A stretch of DNA of 64,000 bases, from the NCBI GenBank assembly GCA_965218085.1, contig CBDCKF010000001.1, forward strand, positions 619,983-683,982. The letters run 5' to 3'. Shown piece after piece: positions 30,404 through 39,824 of the stretch (the first letter of the stretch is position 1; each line of letters opens with the position of its first letter). The translations under genes were made by a program, and so were the position numbers. The notes beneath the pieces are model-generated. The model made no database searches, was not told the DNA's origin, and saw only the letters and a program-made list of their open reading frames with translations. The DNA is from Terriglobia bacterium. Its GTDB lineage: Bacteria > Acidobacteriota > Terriglobia > 20CM-2-55-15.

Positions 30404-30982
30404 TCATTGGACAAACGGCGCTAGAGGCGGCTGCGGTCCGATCACCTCGGTCAGCGCGTTGTACGCGCAGATTTCGTCGCTCCATTCGGCCGACGGACGC
30501 ATTCCACCCACGCCGATCGCGCCGATCAACACGTCGTCGACGACGATCGGAAGCCCACCTGAATTCCAGAACAGGTCAAACTGCGCCTGAACAGGCCTCA
30601 AGCGGACTTCGAACGACGGGTCCTGGAGCATGCGATTCATCAAGGCGTGCGTCGAATCGCGCATGAACAGAGCCGTCTTGGCTTTGAAGGACGCAGTCTC
30701 GGTCGCAATCGGGCTTTGGCCATCGGCCCGGACTGCGAAGACGATATGTCCGGAGGGGCTCAAGACGAAAATGCTGACCCCCATGCTGCGCTCCGCTGCC
30801 TGCCGGAGGCAGTGGTCGGCAATCCGCCTCGCTGTGTCGAGGGAGATTTCGTCACGCGTTTTGGCGGCTACGGCAGCATCGCTACTCATGACAAAATTTT
30901 CCAGGTCCTGTGCTCCGAGGAGACTTCCCGACATCACCAGGACGACAACCAAGTTGACAAAAACAGTAAAACCCTTGGTCAT
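30404..30982 (-). CDS. GlcG/HbpS-like (DUF336) heme-binding-fold protein, secreted
   Basis: C-terminal GGLPIVVDDVLIGAIGVGGMRPSAEWSDEICAYNAL is the DUF336 signature. N-terminal hydrophobic segment after MTKGF. Confidence 0.7.
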   Translation of the reverse strand: MTKGFTVFVNLVVVLVMSGSLLGAQDLENFVMSSDAAVAAKTRDEISLDTARRIADHCLRQAAERSMGVSIFVLSPSGHIVFAVRADGQSPIATETASFKAKTALFMRDSTHALMNRMLQDPSFEVRLRPVQAQFDLFWNSGGLPIVVDDVLIGAIGVGGMRPSAEWSDEICAYNALTEVIGPQPPLAPFVQ

Positions 30983-31269
30983 GGCATCTCCTTTGTTCCA
31001 GTTCTCCCAATGCAATCGGTGGGAATGACAGAAGCCAGCTTACATCGCCCCGCCCACGGGAGCCAGGATGGGCCCTCTGTCAGGATTGGCGGCTACTGGA
31101 CGTCTCCCTGGACCCGCTAGACTTGTTTTGGCCTGGTGTGGCCCGATCGCATAAGAACAAGAAGGAACGATCCAGACAGGTTTGGGGCGCGATGTGTGAT
31201 CTTCTCGTGCGGGGAAGCCCGGCAAAAATCGAGAGCTTGGGGCGACTTCAATTTTTTGATTCGAACGAG

Positions 31270-31530
31270 TATCGAAGTGCCAGGACTGACTAAGACGCAC
31301 AGAAGCTTCGACGCCGTCAAGAATGTCAGCTTTACTCTGTAAAAGGGCGAGACATTCGCCTTTCTGGGCCCCAACGGAGCCGGCAATTCGACGACGATGG
31401 AGATGTCGACGACGGTGCTGGGTCCCACTTCCGGAAAGATCATCATCACCGGCTGTGATCCGGTTACGGAATTTTACCAGGTGCGCCGCTCTCTCGGTGT
31501 TGTCTTCCACGACCCCAGTGGGATGAAGAA
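31270..31530 (+). pseudogene. N-terminal fragment of an ABC transporter ATP-binding protein, with a degenerate Walker A and an internal stop
   Basis: VPGLTKTHRSFDAVKNVSFTL*KGETFAFLGPNGAGNSTTMEM...SGKIIITGCD...LGVVFHDP. GAGNST replaces GAGKST, a TAA interrupts the frame, and only ~85 aa remain. Confidence 0.5.
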
Positions 31531-31702
31531 TTGACAGCCTGGGAGACGATCACGGGAATAACGTCCAGACCGTGGCCGTGGAACACTGCGCGCCGAAAGC
31601 GACCCTTGCGTATGAAAAATCTGATTAGTAAGCTTTCGTGCAGAGGATTTCTAGAGCCGCGGGCACGATCAAAAGGCGGAGGGAAGGAGAGAAGGGGAAT
31701 CG

Positions 31703-32218
31703 ATGGCAAAAACGACACCTGAAGAGCAGGAGAAACAGCACTCCGGATCGGCCGCTTCGCGAGGAGACGTGCCCGTGGAGGTGTGGTTGGAGCTGGAACG
31801 ACTCAATCACGAGTTCGCCTACCGGGTCGATTTCGGGCCCCAGGAGACGACAGCGGACCTATTTCTGGAAGACGGCTGGCTCGCGATGAGCGACAAACGC
31901 AGCGTGGGACGCCTGGCGATTCGGAAAGCCTATAAGAATCGGGCGGCCCGGGGAGTGCGCACGGCGCGCCACATTTCCACCAACCTGCGCCTGACGATGT
32001 CGGACGACGGCGAGGTCCACGGGCGGTCCATCATGACGATCTTCGCCGAAGACGGTCCGCCCCCTCATCCGGCGGTCCCGTTGGTTGTGGTCGACGTCGA
32101 AGACGTCTACGTGCGCGAAAACGGGCGCTGGCTCTTTCGCTCGCGCCGTTTCACCGAGATCTTCGCCGATCCCAGCCGGAAACCCGTCCTGCCCCTCGAC
32201 TCCATCCCGGAGGAGTAG
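31703..32218 (+). CDS. NTF2-like (SnoaL/DUF4440-type) protein
   Basis: 171 aa. Pattern is compatible with the nuclear-transport-factor-2 fold. Weak assignment. Confidence 0.45.
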   Translation: MAKTTPEEQEKQHSGSAASRGDVPVEVWLELERLNHEFAYRVDFGPQETTADLFLEDGWLAMSDKRSVGRLAIRKAYKNRAARGVRTARHISTNLRLTMSDDGEVHGRSIMTIFAEDGPPPHPAVPLVVVDVEDVYVRENGRWLFRSRRFTEIFADPSRKPVLPLDSIPEE

Positions 32219-33102
32219 AAAGAACGTAAGGGGCGATGAAGGAACCGAACAGAGCTTCCCTACCTCGCCCCGGCTCTCCGAGGGGCAAGGTGCACATGGA
32301 CCGCTCTCCTCTTTGATCAGGTGATTCAGCCGACCTAGTCCCACTCCTTCTCGACCCCCGTGGCCCCGTGCCAGATCCCCATGTAAAGGTGTCGCATACC
32401 CCAGACGACAAGGTTTGGAGCCGTCCCTGAACCGATGACACCGCACTCTTATCGTGTCACCCGGTCCGACGTCTTCGCACTGGATTTCGTTTCGTAGGAG
32501 CCCGTCGGTGAAACTTTACGACTACGGGTGACAGGGCGCTGTATCCGTGAGAACTTGCTTGGAACCCTCTTCCTGGGACACCGACAACAAGGGGCGGCAC
32601 GTCATCCATAGCGGCGGCAGGTTCGATCCCTCTCTGTGACCCGTCATTCCGGCTGAATATCGATCTGGCAACTACATTTCGCTCCGGCCGGACTTCCAAC
32701 GGAGGTCTCATGGCTTTCGCTTGCCAGACTTACTTCCCGCGCTACTGAAAGCTTGGCGGTTGGACGGGCTCGGGCTGGGAAAACCGGGCCGCGGACACCG
32801 GGGCGTTCAACTGCACTTCGCTCAATTGGATGGTCGATTCGCCGTTGCTCCGGGTCACCGTCAGGCGGGACGGCATCTGAACGCCGTCGACTTCCCTATA
32901 ATCTTCGTAGTCAACTTGTGTCGGAACGACACCGACTGCCCCTGTCTACCCAGCGCACCATCCGCACCAACAGGCTTACAGGAAGGTCACCGCCGCTCCA
33001 TCCCTAGAAAACGGCACTGGCACTCCGTACCAGCGGACAGTCTTGTTCCGTTTCCATCGGGAAAAGGCCGCGCTGGTCTCCAGCGCTCACGGACCGTGCG
33101 CT

Positions 33103-33528
33103 TCAGAAGCCTGCCGGGGGCACTGATTCCTGGCCGTCCCAATCCTTGATAGTGCCGTCGGCAGCCTTCACAAACCCGACAAGACAACCTGGCGATCCGT
33201 CCCTCAGAGGGTGACACCGCGCCTTGATCCGGTCTCCGGGCTTGATGTACTCGGGCGTCACCCCCATCCCACGAAGCTGGCCCGCGCTGGAAGCTTCGAT
33301 AGACCACAACCGGGTCTCGCCATTTTCATCGGTGACTTCCATATAGACCCACGCGTGAGGGTTGAGCAGATGGAACTCGGTCACTACTCCCTCGATGTCC
33401 ATCATCTCTTTATCGTATTGGCCGTGGGCGTGGTGTGCCGCTGACGGCATGGAGAGTACCAACGTCACCAACGCTGCGGCCCCCAGGGCCATCCTCAAAT
33501 GCATTTGATTCCTTATCGTCGCTTTCAT
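33103..33528 (-). CDS. Small secreted N-terminal-His protein, subtype 1, copy 2
   Basis: MKATIRN... signal ...SAA|HHAHGQYDKEMMDIEGVVTEFHLLNPHAW...RCHPLRDGSPGCL. AAAGGAG RBS at the ATG at 33528. Confidence 0.65.
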   Translation of the reverse strand: MKATIRNQMHLRMALGAAALVTLVLSMPSAAHHAHGQYDKEMMDIEGVVTEFHLLNPHAWVYMEVTDENGETRLWSIEASSAGQLRGMGVTPEYIKPGDRIKARCHPLRDGSPGCLVGFVKAADGTIKDWDGQESVPPAGF

Positions 33529-33654
33529 CGGTATACACTCCTTTCGAAATGACTCCGGTCCCATGACCACCCGCGGGATTTCCGTCTCCCGGCGGGTGGC
33601 CGACTTATCTCCCATGCGTGTCGCCGGCCCTTAGGCCTCCAAAACGCAGATTGA

Positions 33655-34365
33655 TTAATCAAATTCGAACAACTCAGGATCACATAGTCCTGTTAATTCG
33701 CCTGTGTACTCTCTGCAAATATAGTCTTCGATCTGGGCTCCGTTGTAGTATTGGGTCTGATCAGGGTAGTTCTCGAGCGGGATCGTTACCCCCTGCTGGA
33801 AGAGTCCCGGTGGCGGATAATCCGACGGCACGGTCGCTTCTACTATGTAGAGTTTGTTGGCGACCATGGAGATCGCTGCGTACGTACGGGATTGGTCCGC
33901 GTTGTTGGTGAGCTGCAGTAGATGGGTTTCGACCCGGCCGACGTCGGTCCACATGTAATGCGACATCTCGGCGTCGCGCTGCATGAACTGCCAGGAGGCA
34001 TACACAATCGCGCCACGCACGTCGTACCTCCAGTACCCGGGACCGGCGATGCTCGTCAGCCCGTCGCAGGGTTCGGCCCCGGCCGGGCAGTCCTTGGACT
34101 GCTCCGTGAGTATGGACTCGGCATAGTTGTAGTCGACCACCGTTAAGGAGTAGCGACCCTCGTTGCGGGTCGCCGCGTAGACACGCGCCGGAAGATCGGC
34201 GCCATATTCGGATTGCCAGATCGTTTCACTCACTTCCGGCTGGCCTGGAAAGTTGGCGCTGAAACCGTCCGTAGCGCTCGTGTACTCGCTCCATTCCTGG
34301 GCAAACGCGGGCCCGGCCGTTGAAAGCCCCAGGACAAGCGCAATAATTAGCAGCCATCCTCGCAT
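33655..34365 (-). CDS. Family-B secreted partner protein, copy B2
   Basis: MRGWLLIIALVLGLSTAGPAFAQEW... carries all family-B motifs. AGGAGG RBS at the ATG at 34365. Confidence 0.65.
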   Translation of the reverse strand: MRGWLLIIALVLGLSTAGPAFAQEWSEYTSATDGFSANFPGQPEVSETIWQSEYGADLPARVYAATRNEGRYSLTVVDYNYAESILTEQSKDCPAGAEPCDGLTSIAGPGYWRYDVRGAIVYASWQFMQRDAEMSHYMWTDVGRVETHLLQLTNNADQSRTYAAISMVANKLYIVEATVPSDYPPPGLFQQGVTIPLENYPDQTQYYNGAQIEDYICREYTGELTGLCDPELFEFD

Positions 34366-34699
34366 GGTATCCTCCTGTTTGATCGACATTCTCATCCTCC
34401 GGTATGAAATATCACAAAAGATGATCCATCGCAAAAAGCTTCCATCATTCATTGTCGCGCGCCTGGGCGCCGACATCTTCGGCCGAGTCGACCCCAGCCG
34501 CATTGTGCTCGAGACCATCGCGACGCGCCGGGTTCCTGTAATCATCGAAAAACCTCAGCGGCGACCGAACGGTAAGTAATCTGCTCGCTCACCGGATTCC
34601 AAATGGACACCGAAGCCAACGTTTCTCCGAGTGTATTGGTCCATCACCAGCAGGATAGTGAGGTCGCGCATCGGGAAATTCTAGCGATCATTTCCACCA

Positions 34700-35010
34700 T
34701 TCCAAGACTCGAAATCTCAACGGATTGTGCGACAGCCTTGTAATTCGCCAGGGACACGTGAAACGAATCAAGATGATCCAGAGTGTTTCACCAATCGTGA
34801 TCCGAAGCGTTTCACGTGGTGCTCCATCCGACATGGGAACTTTTGGAATTTGATTTGTTAATGAGAACGACCGGTGTCGCGCCGGGAATTGCGAGGCTGC
34901 GGATGTGCAGCAAACGCGAAAGTGTCTGAGCCCCATTCCGCTTCCAGGTTCCGAACAGAGCCTCTGGGCAATTGGGCCAGCGGGTGTATCTTCAGCGAAC
35001 TCCAGACGAG
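34700..35010 (+). pseudogene. Decayed C-terminal remnant of a family-A gene (plus-strand orientation)
   Basis: SEAFHVVLHPTWELLEF...NENDRCRAGNCEAADVQQT is readable, but +2 nt shifts the frame. Confidence 0.45.
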
Positions 35011-35055
35011 TTTGAGGTCGGCAACTCGAATACGCCTTGAATTCGATGTGCGGGC

Positions 35056-35505
35056 CTACAGGACGCGCCCCATGTCGAAGACCGTCTCCTTTGAAATCTT
35101 GCCATCTTCGAACTCAAAAATGTGAACCAGACGCATTTCAATCTTATCTCCTTTGGAGACGCCGCTGAAATAACCGTCTCGGGCGATTTCCATAGTCAAG
35201 ATGCTGTCGTCCACCACCCGATCTTCGGTTGCAAACCGCCGGAGATGCTGAAACTCCATATTCGTCATCGAAGCAAACAGTTCCTTATAATTCTTCATTA
35301 CGGCGTCCCTTCCATGACAGGCCCGCTGAATCCAGCCCCCCGGATTCGGCGCCTCCCAGATGGGTTCGTCCGTGTATAACTTGAGGCCTTCTTCGATGTT
35401 GTCCAGCTCTTCATCATGGAAGTGTTGTGCCGCTACGGCCAGGTTTTGAGCTATACGGTCTTCGGCCACAGCAGCGGGTTTCTGAGCTACACGGTCTTCA
35501 GCCAT
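35056..35505 (-). CDS. NTF2-like / SnoaL-like protein. It has a 33-nt tandem duplication at the 5' end (AEDRVAQKPAAV / AEDRIAQNLAVA).
   Basis: 149 aa. The direct DNA repeat is visible at 35440-35505. Confidence 0.45.
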   Translation of the reverse strand: MAEDRVAQKPAAVAEDRIAQNLAVAAQHFHDEELDNIEEGLKLYTDEPIWEAPNPGGWIQRACHGRDAVMKNYKELFASMTNMEFQHLRRFATEDRVVDDSILTMEIARDGYFSGVSKGDKIEMRLVHIFEFEDGKISKETVFDMGRVL

Positions 35506-35722
35506 TTGTCACCTCCCGAATGATTTCATGGTTTGGGCTTCAAGGCCGACGATTGATGCAGAGTCAATCGAATGTGCATTGTAGCCAAAACGCAGTTGAA
35601 CTCAGTGCTAAAGAGACTACATTCTAGCGTCTTCTTATACGCTTTGTTAACCTCGCGCGAGGTAACGAGTGCTCAGGCGAGGCGGACAATTCGATTCAGT
35701 ATGCGTGCTTTAACGGCGGGAT

Positions 35723-36613
35723 TCATCGTTGCGTTTGTTGCACATCCGCAGCCTCGCAATTCCCTGCTCTGCACCGGTCGTTCTCGTTACAAACAAATTC
35801 CAAAAGTTCCCACGTCGGATGGAGCACCATATGAAACGCTTCCGACCAAGGTTGGGTAAAGTACAACGGATCATCGATCGTGACGTCATAGGACACGACC
35901 CTCGGGCCAATCCACCGGAGCCGTTCGATCACATGCAGGGCGTCACTGTGCCAGAGTGAGCCTCTCGGATGGGGATTGCCAAGCCACCATTCTTTCAAGC
36001 CGACCGTGTCGATGACCAGGGTGTCGCCTTCCCAGTGGCCCACGGAGTGCCCGCCCCAGGTCAATTCCACGTTCTCGGGATGAGGACGCCCATCCAACGG
36101 AATGATACGAGAAAAGTTATTCATGAACTCGTGTTTGATCACCAGGTAGTCGTCCGAGTGAACCCACTGTTGGGCATAGGGAACCAGGATTTGCCCGCTA
36201 AATCCGTACGGCAGGCAAAGCGCGATAGGATCATCGATTTTGAGGTCCCCGGTGAACGGCCGATAAAATTCGGCTTCTCCTAAGGGCGTCAGAGACGACA
36301 TTTTCGTGGCGTCGTACGCCCTGATCACCGGGTAGTCAGTCTCGTTGGGACCAACTTGGTGGGTAAACCCAGGGCCAGCCCAGACTCCGGTGAAGTCCGG
36401 TTTGCCACCTCGGGTTCGGGGTATATCAAGGTCTCCAGCCTCGTCCCCAAAGGGAACGTTGGGTGGATCAATCGTGCTGCACCGACCATCAAAAGCCTGG
36501 CACACCTCGCGAGCCTCACGCTCAGGAGTCTGGCCCGTGGCAAGCACCGGAACCAAGGCGAAGCCGGCCAGCAGGGCTGCGGTCGCCGAGAACCCTACTA
36601 AACTGTTTCTCAT
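35723..36613 (-). CDS. Family-A secreted partner protein (296 aa), copy A2
   Basis: Start at internal M (MRNSLVGFSATAALL) = 36613. Nearly identical to A3 over the C-terminal ~190 aa. Confidence 0.65.
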   Translation of the reverse strand: MRNSLVGFSATAALLAGFALVPVLATGQTPEREAREVCQAFDGRCSTIDPPNVPFGDEAGDLDIPRTRGGKPDFTGVWAGPGFTHQVGPNETDYPVIRAYDATKMSSLTPLGEAEFYRPFTGDLKIDDPIALCLPYGFSGQILVPYAQQWVHSDDYLVIKHEFMNNFSRIIPLDGRPHPENVELTWGGHSVGHWEGDTLVIDTVGLKEWWLGNPHPRGSLWHSDALHVIERLRWIGPRVVSYDVTIDDPLYFTQPWSEAFHMVLHPTWELLEFVCNENDRCRAGNCEAADVQQTQR

Positions 36614-36901
36614 GTCGAACTCTCCCTTCCAATCTCCCAAACCGCGTTGCGTTTGTTGCACATCCGCGGCCTCGCAATTCCCTGCGCGACACCGGTCGTT
36701 CTCATTACAAACAAATTCAAGAAGCTCCCATCTCGAGTGGAGCGCCGTGTGCGATTGCTCCGACCCCGGCGCTGTAAGATACTTCGGGTCATCGATCGTG
36801 ACTTCGTAGCGGACGACGCTCGGGCCGACCCACCGGACGCGCTCGATGACATGCAGGGAGTCGCTATGCCAAAGACTCCCGTTCGGATGGGGCTCCGGCA
36901 A
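36614..36901 (-). pseudogene. Orphan C-terminal ~85-aa fragment of another family-A copy, fused in-frame upstream of A2
   Basis: MPEPHPNGSLWHSDSLHVIERVRWVGPSVVRYEVTIDDPKYLTAPGSEQSHTALHSRWELLEFVCNENDRCRAGNCEAADVQQTQR with no N-terminal part. Runs straight into the A2 start. Confidence 0.5.
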
Positions 36902-36915
36902 ATCTGAAATTTATC

Positions 36916-37317
36916 CTACGGGCGAGCCTGATCGAGGGCGCCCGTAAACACTCTTCGGCCGTCGGCAAACGTGACACCGTTGCCACTCGCGTTGTTCGAG
37001 CCATCATGAGCGCGAAAGCCCGTGACCTTGACCTCTGTCCCTATTTTCAAGGAGTCTCTGGACACGCCTCGCCGGATCAGCATTCCCGGGGCGCCACCAG
37101 AAAAGCCCCAAGTCGTCACCTTGCCGCCCTCATCCGTCACATCGATGTAGTACCAGATGTGGGGATTCTGCCACTCGACTTTAACCACCACGCCTTCCAT
37201 TTCGACCGGGTCGTTGGCATCGAACTGTGCCCAGGACGAATGGTGGGCGAGAAGCGGACTGGCCGTCAAGAGCAGGCAGAAGCCTGCAGCGAATACAACC
37301 AGCAAATTCCGTGTCAT
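36916..37317 (-). CDS. Small secreted N-terminal-His protein, subtype 2 (HHSSWAQFD; VEWQNPHIW), copy 2
   Basis: Signal peptide ...PLLA|HHSSW. Lies between the two A copies. Confidence 0.6.
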   Translation of the reverse strand: MTRNLLVVFAAGFCLLLTASPLLAHHSSWAQFDANDPVEMEGVVVKVEWQNPHIWYYIDVTDEGGKVTTWGFSGGAPGMLIRRGVSRDSLKIGTEVKVTGFRAHDGSNNASGNGVTFADGRRVFTGALDQARP

Positions 37318-37493
37318 GATACGACCTCCTGCGGGTTCATTCAGTAAAGTCTACAAAGCGAAAAATTGTGCGGCCGGCTGGCGCGAATCGCGATCCAGAC
37401 ATCCGCCCATGTTGCAACTAAGGGCGGGCTTTCACCCTGTCGACCCCCCAATACACGCGGCCTGCAGATGGAGCTTCTTCACAAAGCGGGGAT

Positions 37494-38399
37494 TCATCGT
37501 TGCGTTTGTTGCACATCCGCAGCCTCGCAATTCCCTGCTCTGCACCGGTCGTTCTCGTTACAAACAAATTCCAAAAGTTCCCACGTCGGATGGAGCACCA
37601 TATGAAACGCTTCCGACCAAGGTTGGGTAAAGTACAACGGATCATCGATCGTGACGTCATAGGACACGACCCTCGGGCCAATCCACCGGAGCCGTTCGAT
37701 CACATGCAGGGCGTCACTGTGCCAGAGTGAGCCTCTCGGATGGGGATTGCCAAGCCACCATTCTTTCAAGCCGACCGTGTCGATGACCAGGGTGTCGCCT
37801 TCCCAGTGGCCCACGGAGTGCCCGCCCCAGGTCAATTCCACGTTCTCGGGATGAGGACGCCCATCCAACGGAATGATACGAGAAAAGTTATTCATGAACT
37901 CGTGTTTGATCACCAGGTAGTCGTCGGAGTGAACCCACTGTTGGGCATAGGGAACCAGGATTTGCCCGCTAAATCCGTACGGCAGGCAAAGCGCGATAGG
38001 ATCATCGATTTTGAGGTCCCCGCTGAACGGCCGATAAAATTCGGCTTCTCCTAAGGGCGTCAGAGACGACATTTTCGTGGCGTCGTACGGCCTAATAAAG
38101 AAACCGGCAGGACCCGGGTCCTCAGTGTCGTTGGGGCCCACTTGGTGGGTAAACCCCGGTCCGGCATAAACCCCGCTGAAGTCCGGTTTACCACCTCGGG
38201 TCCGGGGTATTTCAAAGTCTCCGGCCTCGTCCCCAAAGGGAACGTTGGGCGGTACAATCATGTTGCACCGACCATCAATCGCCTGGCACACCTGGCGGCC
38301 TTCAGGCTCAAGAGTCTGGCCAGCGGAAAGGGCGGGGAGGGAGGTCAAACTGGCCAGCACGGCTGCGGCTAAGGAGAACCCCACGAAACTGTTTCTCAT
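37494..38399 (-). CDS. Family-A secreted partner protein (301 aa), copy A3
   Basis: Start at MRNSFVGFSLAAAVL = 38399. The 3' ~580 bp is near-identical to the A2 3' region. Confidence 0.65.
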   Translation of the reverse strand: MRNSFVGFSLAAAVLASLTSLPALSAGQTLEPEGRQVCQAIDGRCNMIVPPNVPFGDEAGDFEIPRTRGGKPDFSGVYAGPGFTHQVGPNDTEDPGPAGFFIRPYDATKMSSLTPLGEAEFYRPFSGDLKIDDPIALCLPYGFSGQILVPYAQQWVHSDDYLVIKHEFMNNFSRIIPLDGRPHPENVELTWGGHSVGHWEGDTLVIDTVGLKEWWLGNPHPRGSLWHSDALHVIERLRWIGPRVVSYDVTIDDPLYFTQPWSEAFHMVLHPTWELLEFVCNENDRCRAGNCEAADVQQTQR

Positions 38400-38490
38400 A
38401 GTTGAACCCTCTCTGAATCTCGCAAATCGGCTGTGAAGGACGATGTCGGACGCCCACCCCCGTGCGTCGACAACCAACAGCCTCTGCAGT

Positions 38491-39738
38491 CTACGGAAGC
38501 GGGATGGTCATCAGATCCATCGTTCCGCTGGGATCGGCAGCGAAAGCGGTTACATTGCCTTCGACCAAAGACAACGATCCACTGCTGTCGGCCAGAACCA
38601 AGGCGTGGCCATCATCCAGCTTCGTCAGTTGCCAAACCCCCTCAAGATCGGTGATGGTTTCATAGGGAACGCCATAGATATCGCCCCGGCACACCGCCCG
38701 CTCAGGCCCCCACCGGTCTGCGCGCGAGACCGGTTCCTCCGCACACAAAGGGTTCGGCGGCGTGATCGCCTCGTAGCTCCCCAGGTTCTCGGTTGCCAGC
38801 TTCATCACGCCCCGTGTAGTGTTGGACATCAGAATGTACTCTTGGCCGTCCTTCGTGTAAGTGAGCATGTCGAGAGGCTGGTTGCCGTTCCCCAACTCGG
38901 CGATAGTTTCGCCGAAAACCTTCGCTCCCGGATTCAGCGCGCTCACCGGAATCTTGACCAGAGGCGTGCAGGTATAGGAGGCGAGTATGTGCTGTTCGTT
39001 ATCGATCATGTACGGCACAAACGTCCGCACCGGTGCCGCAGTTTCATAGCGGCCATGCGCCGAATGCCAGATCCGTATTCCCGCGCCCTGGACTGTACCC
39101 GGGAACGGGAAGGGAATCGAGCGCAGGTCCGACGCAAAGTCCTCGTTCGACAACCCTGCGACAAGGACTCTGCCATCGACGTAGGATATGTCCGTAATGC
39201 TCTCGACTCTTGGGTTTGCGTTCTGCCTGCCCTCGGGCGTGTCGCGAGTCAGCCCCGGCATGGACTGGGCCGCGTCGGCCAGGCGCACCATCGAGTACCG
39301 GACGTTGTTCAGCGAAAACTCCGTGATACTCCCCGAGACATCGACGCGCAGGATCACCGGAATAGCATCGGGACCACGGCCCCGGGAAACCGCCACATAA
39401 ACGTTACCGGACAGGGAATTCGCCTGGACGTCGTTGATCAGAATCTGATCCGGGGAAGTGCCCAGAAGAGCTGCGATCTGCTGGTTGATCCCCCTGATCT
39501 CGTGCTTCACGGCCGACACCGCAGGTGTGCTGTCGGCCGTATCAATCGCGAAGACCGCACCCTGGAGCGAGTCGCCGACAAACAAAACGCCGTCCGGGCC
39601 GAAGGCGAGCTGTGACGCGGATTGGATTTCTGCGTTGCCAAGACTCAGGCCGTCGCCTTCCTGTCCGAACGCCAGGGCAGTAACCAAAAAGAATCCAACA
39701 CTAAGCCGTAACAGTGTCGACAACATCGCGCACCTCAT
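38491..39738 (-). CDS. Hypothetical secreted protein (415 aa), possibly beta-propeller-like
   Basis: Signal peptide; long ORF with good coding appearance; no confident family. Lies between the TBDR and A3. Confidence 0.45.
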   Translation of the reverse strand: MRCAMLSTLLRLSVGFFLVTALAFGQEGDGLSLGNAEIQSASQLAFGPDGVLFVGDSLQGAVFAIDTADSTPAVSAVKHEIRGINQQIAALLGTSPDQILINDVQANSLSGNVYVAVSRGRGPDAIPVILRVDVSGSITEFSLNNVRYSMVRLADAAQSMPGLTRDTPEGRQNANPRVESITDISYVDGRVLVAGLSNEDFASDLRSIPFPFPGTVQGAGIRIWHSAHGRYETAAPVRTFVPYMIDNEQHILASYTCTPLVKIPVSALNPGAKVFGETIAELGNGNQPLDMLTYTKDGQEYILMSNTTRGVMKLATENLGSYEAITPPNPLCAEEPVSRADRWGPERAVCRGDIYGVPYETITDLEGVWQLTKLDDGHALVLADSSGSLSLVEGNVTAFAADPSGTMDLMTIPLP

Positions 39739-39824
39739 CGTTCACTCTCCTTTGGAGGTCCTCATTATGAGCTAGGGCGCCGTGCGGCGAGGTTCCCCGT
39801 CGCACGGCGTCCGCGCACTGCTAG

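Noticed and set aside
38443-39615. 390-aa plus-strand ORF
   Set aside because: Antisense to the 38491-39738 secreted protein gene. Arg/His-rich.
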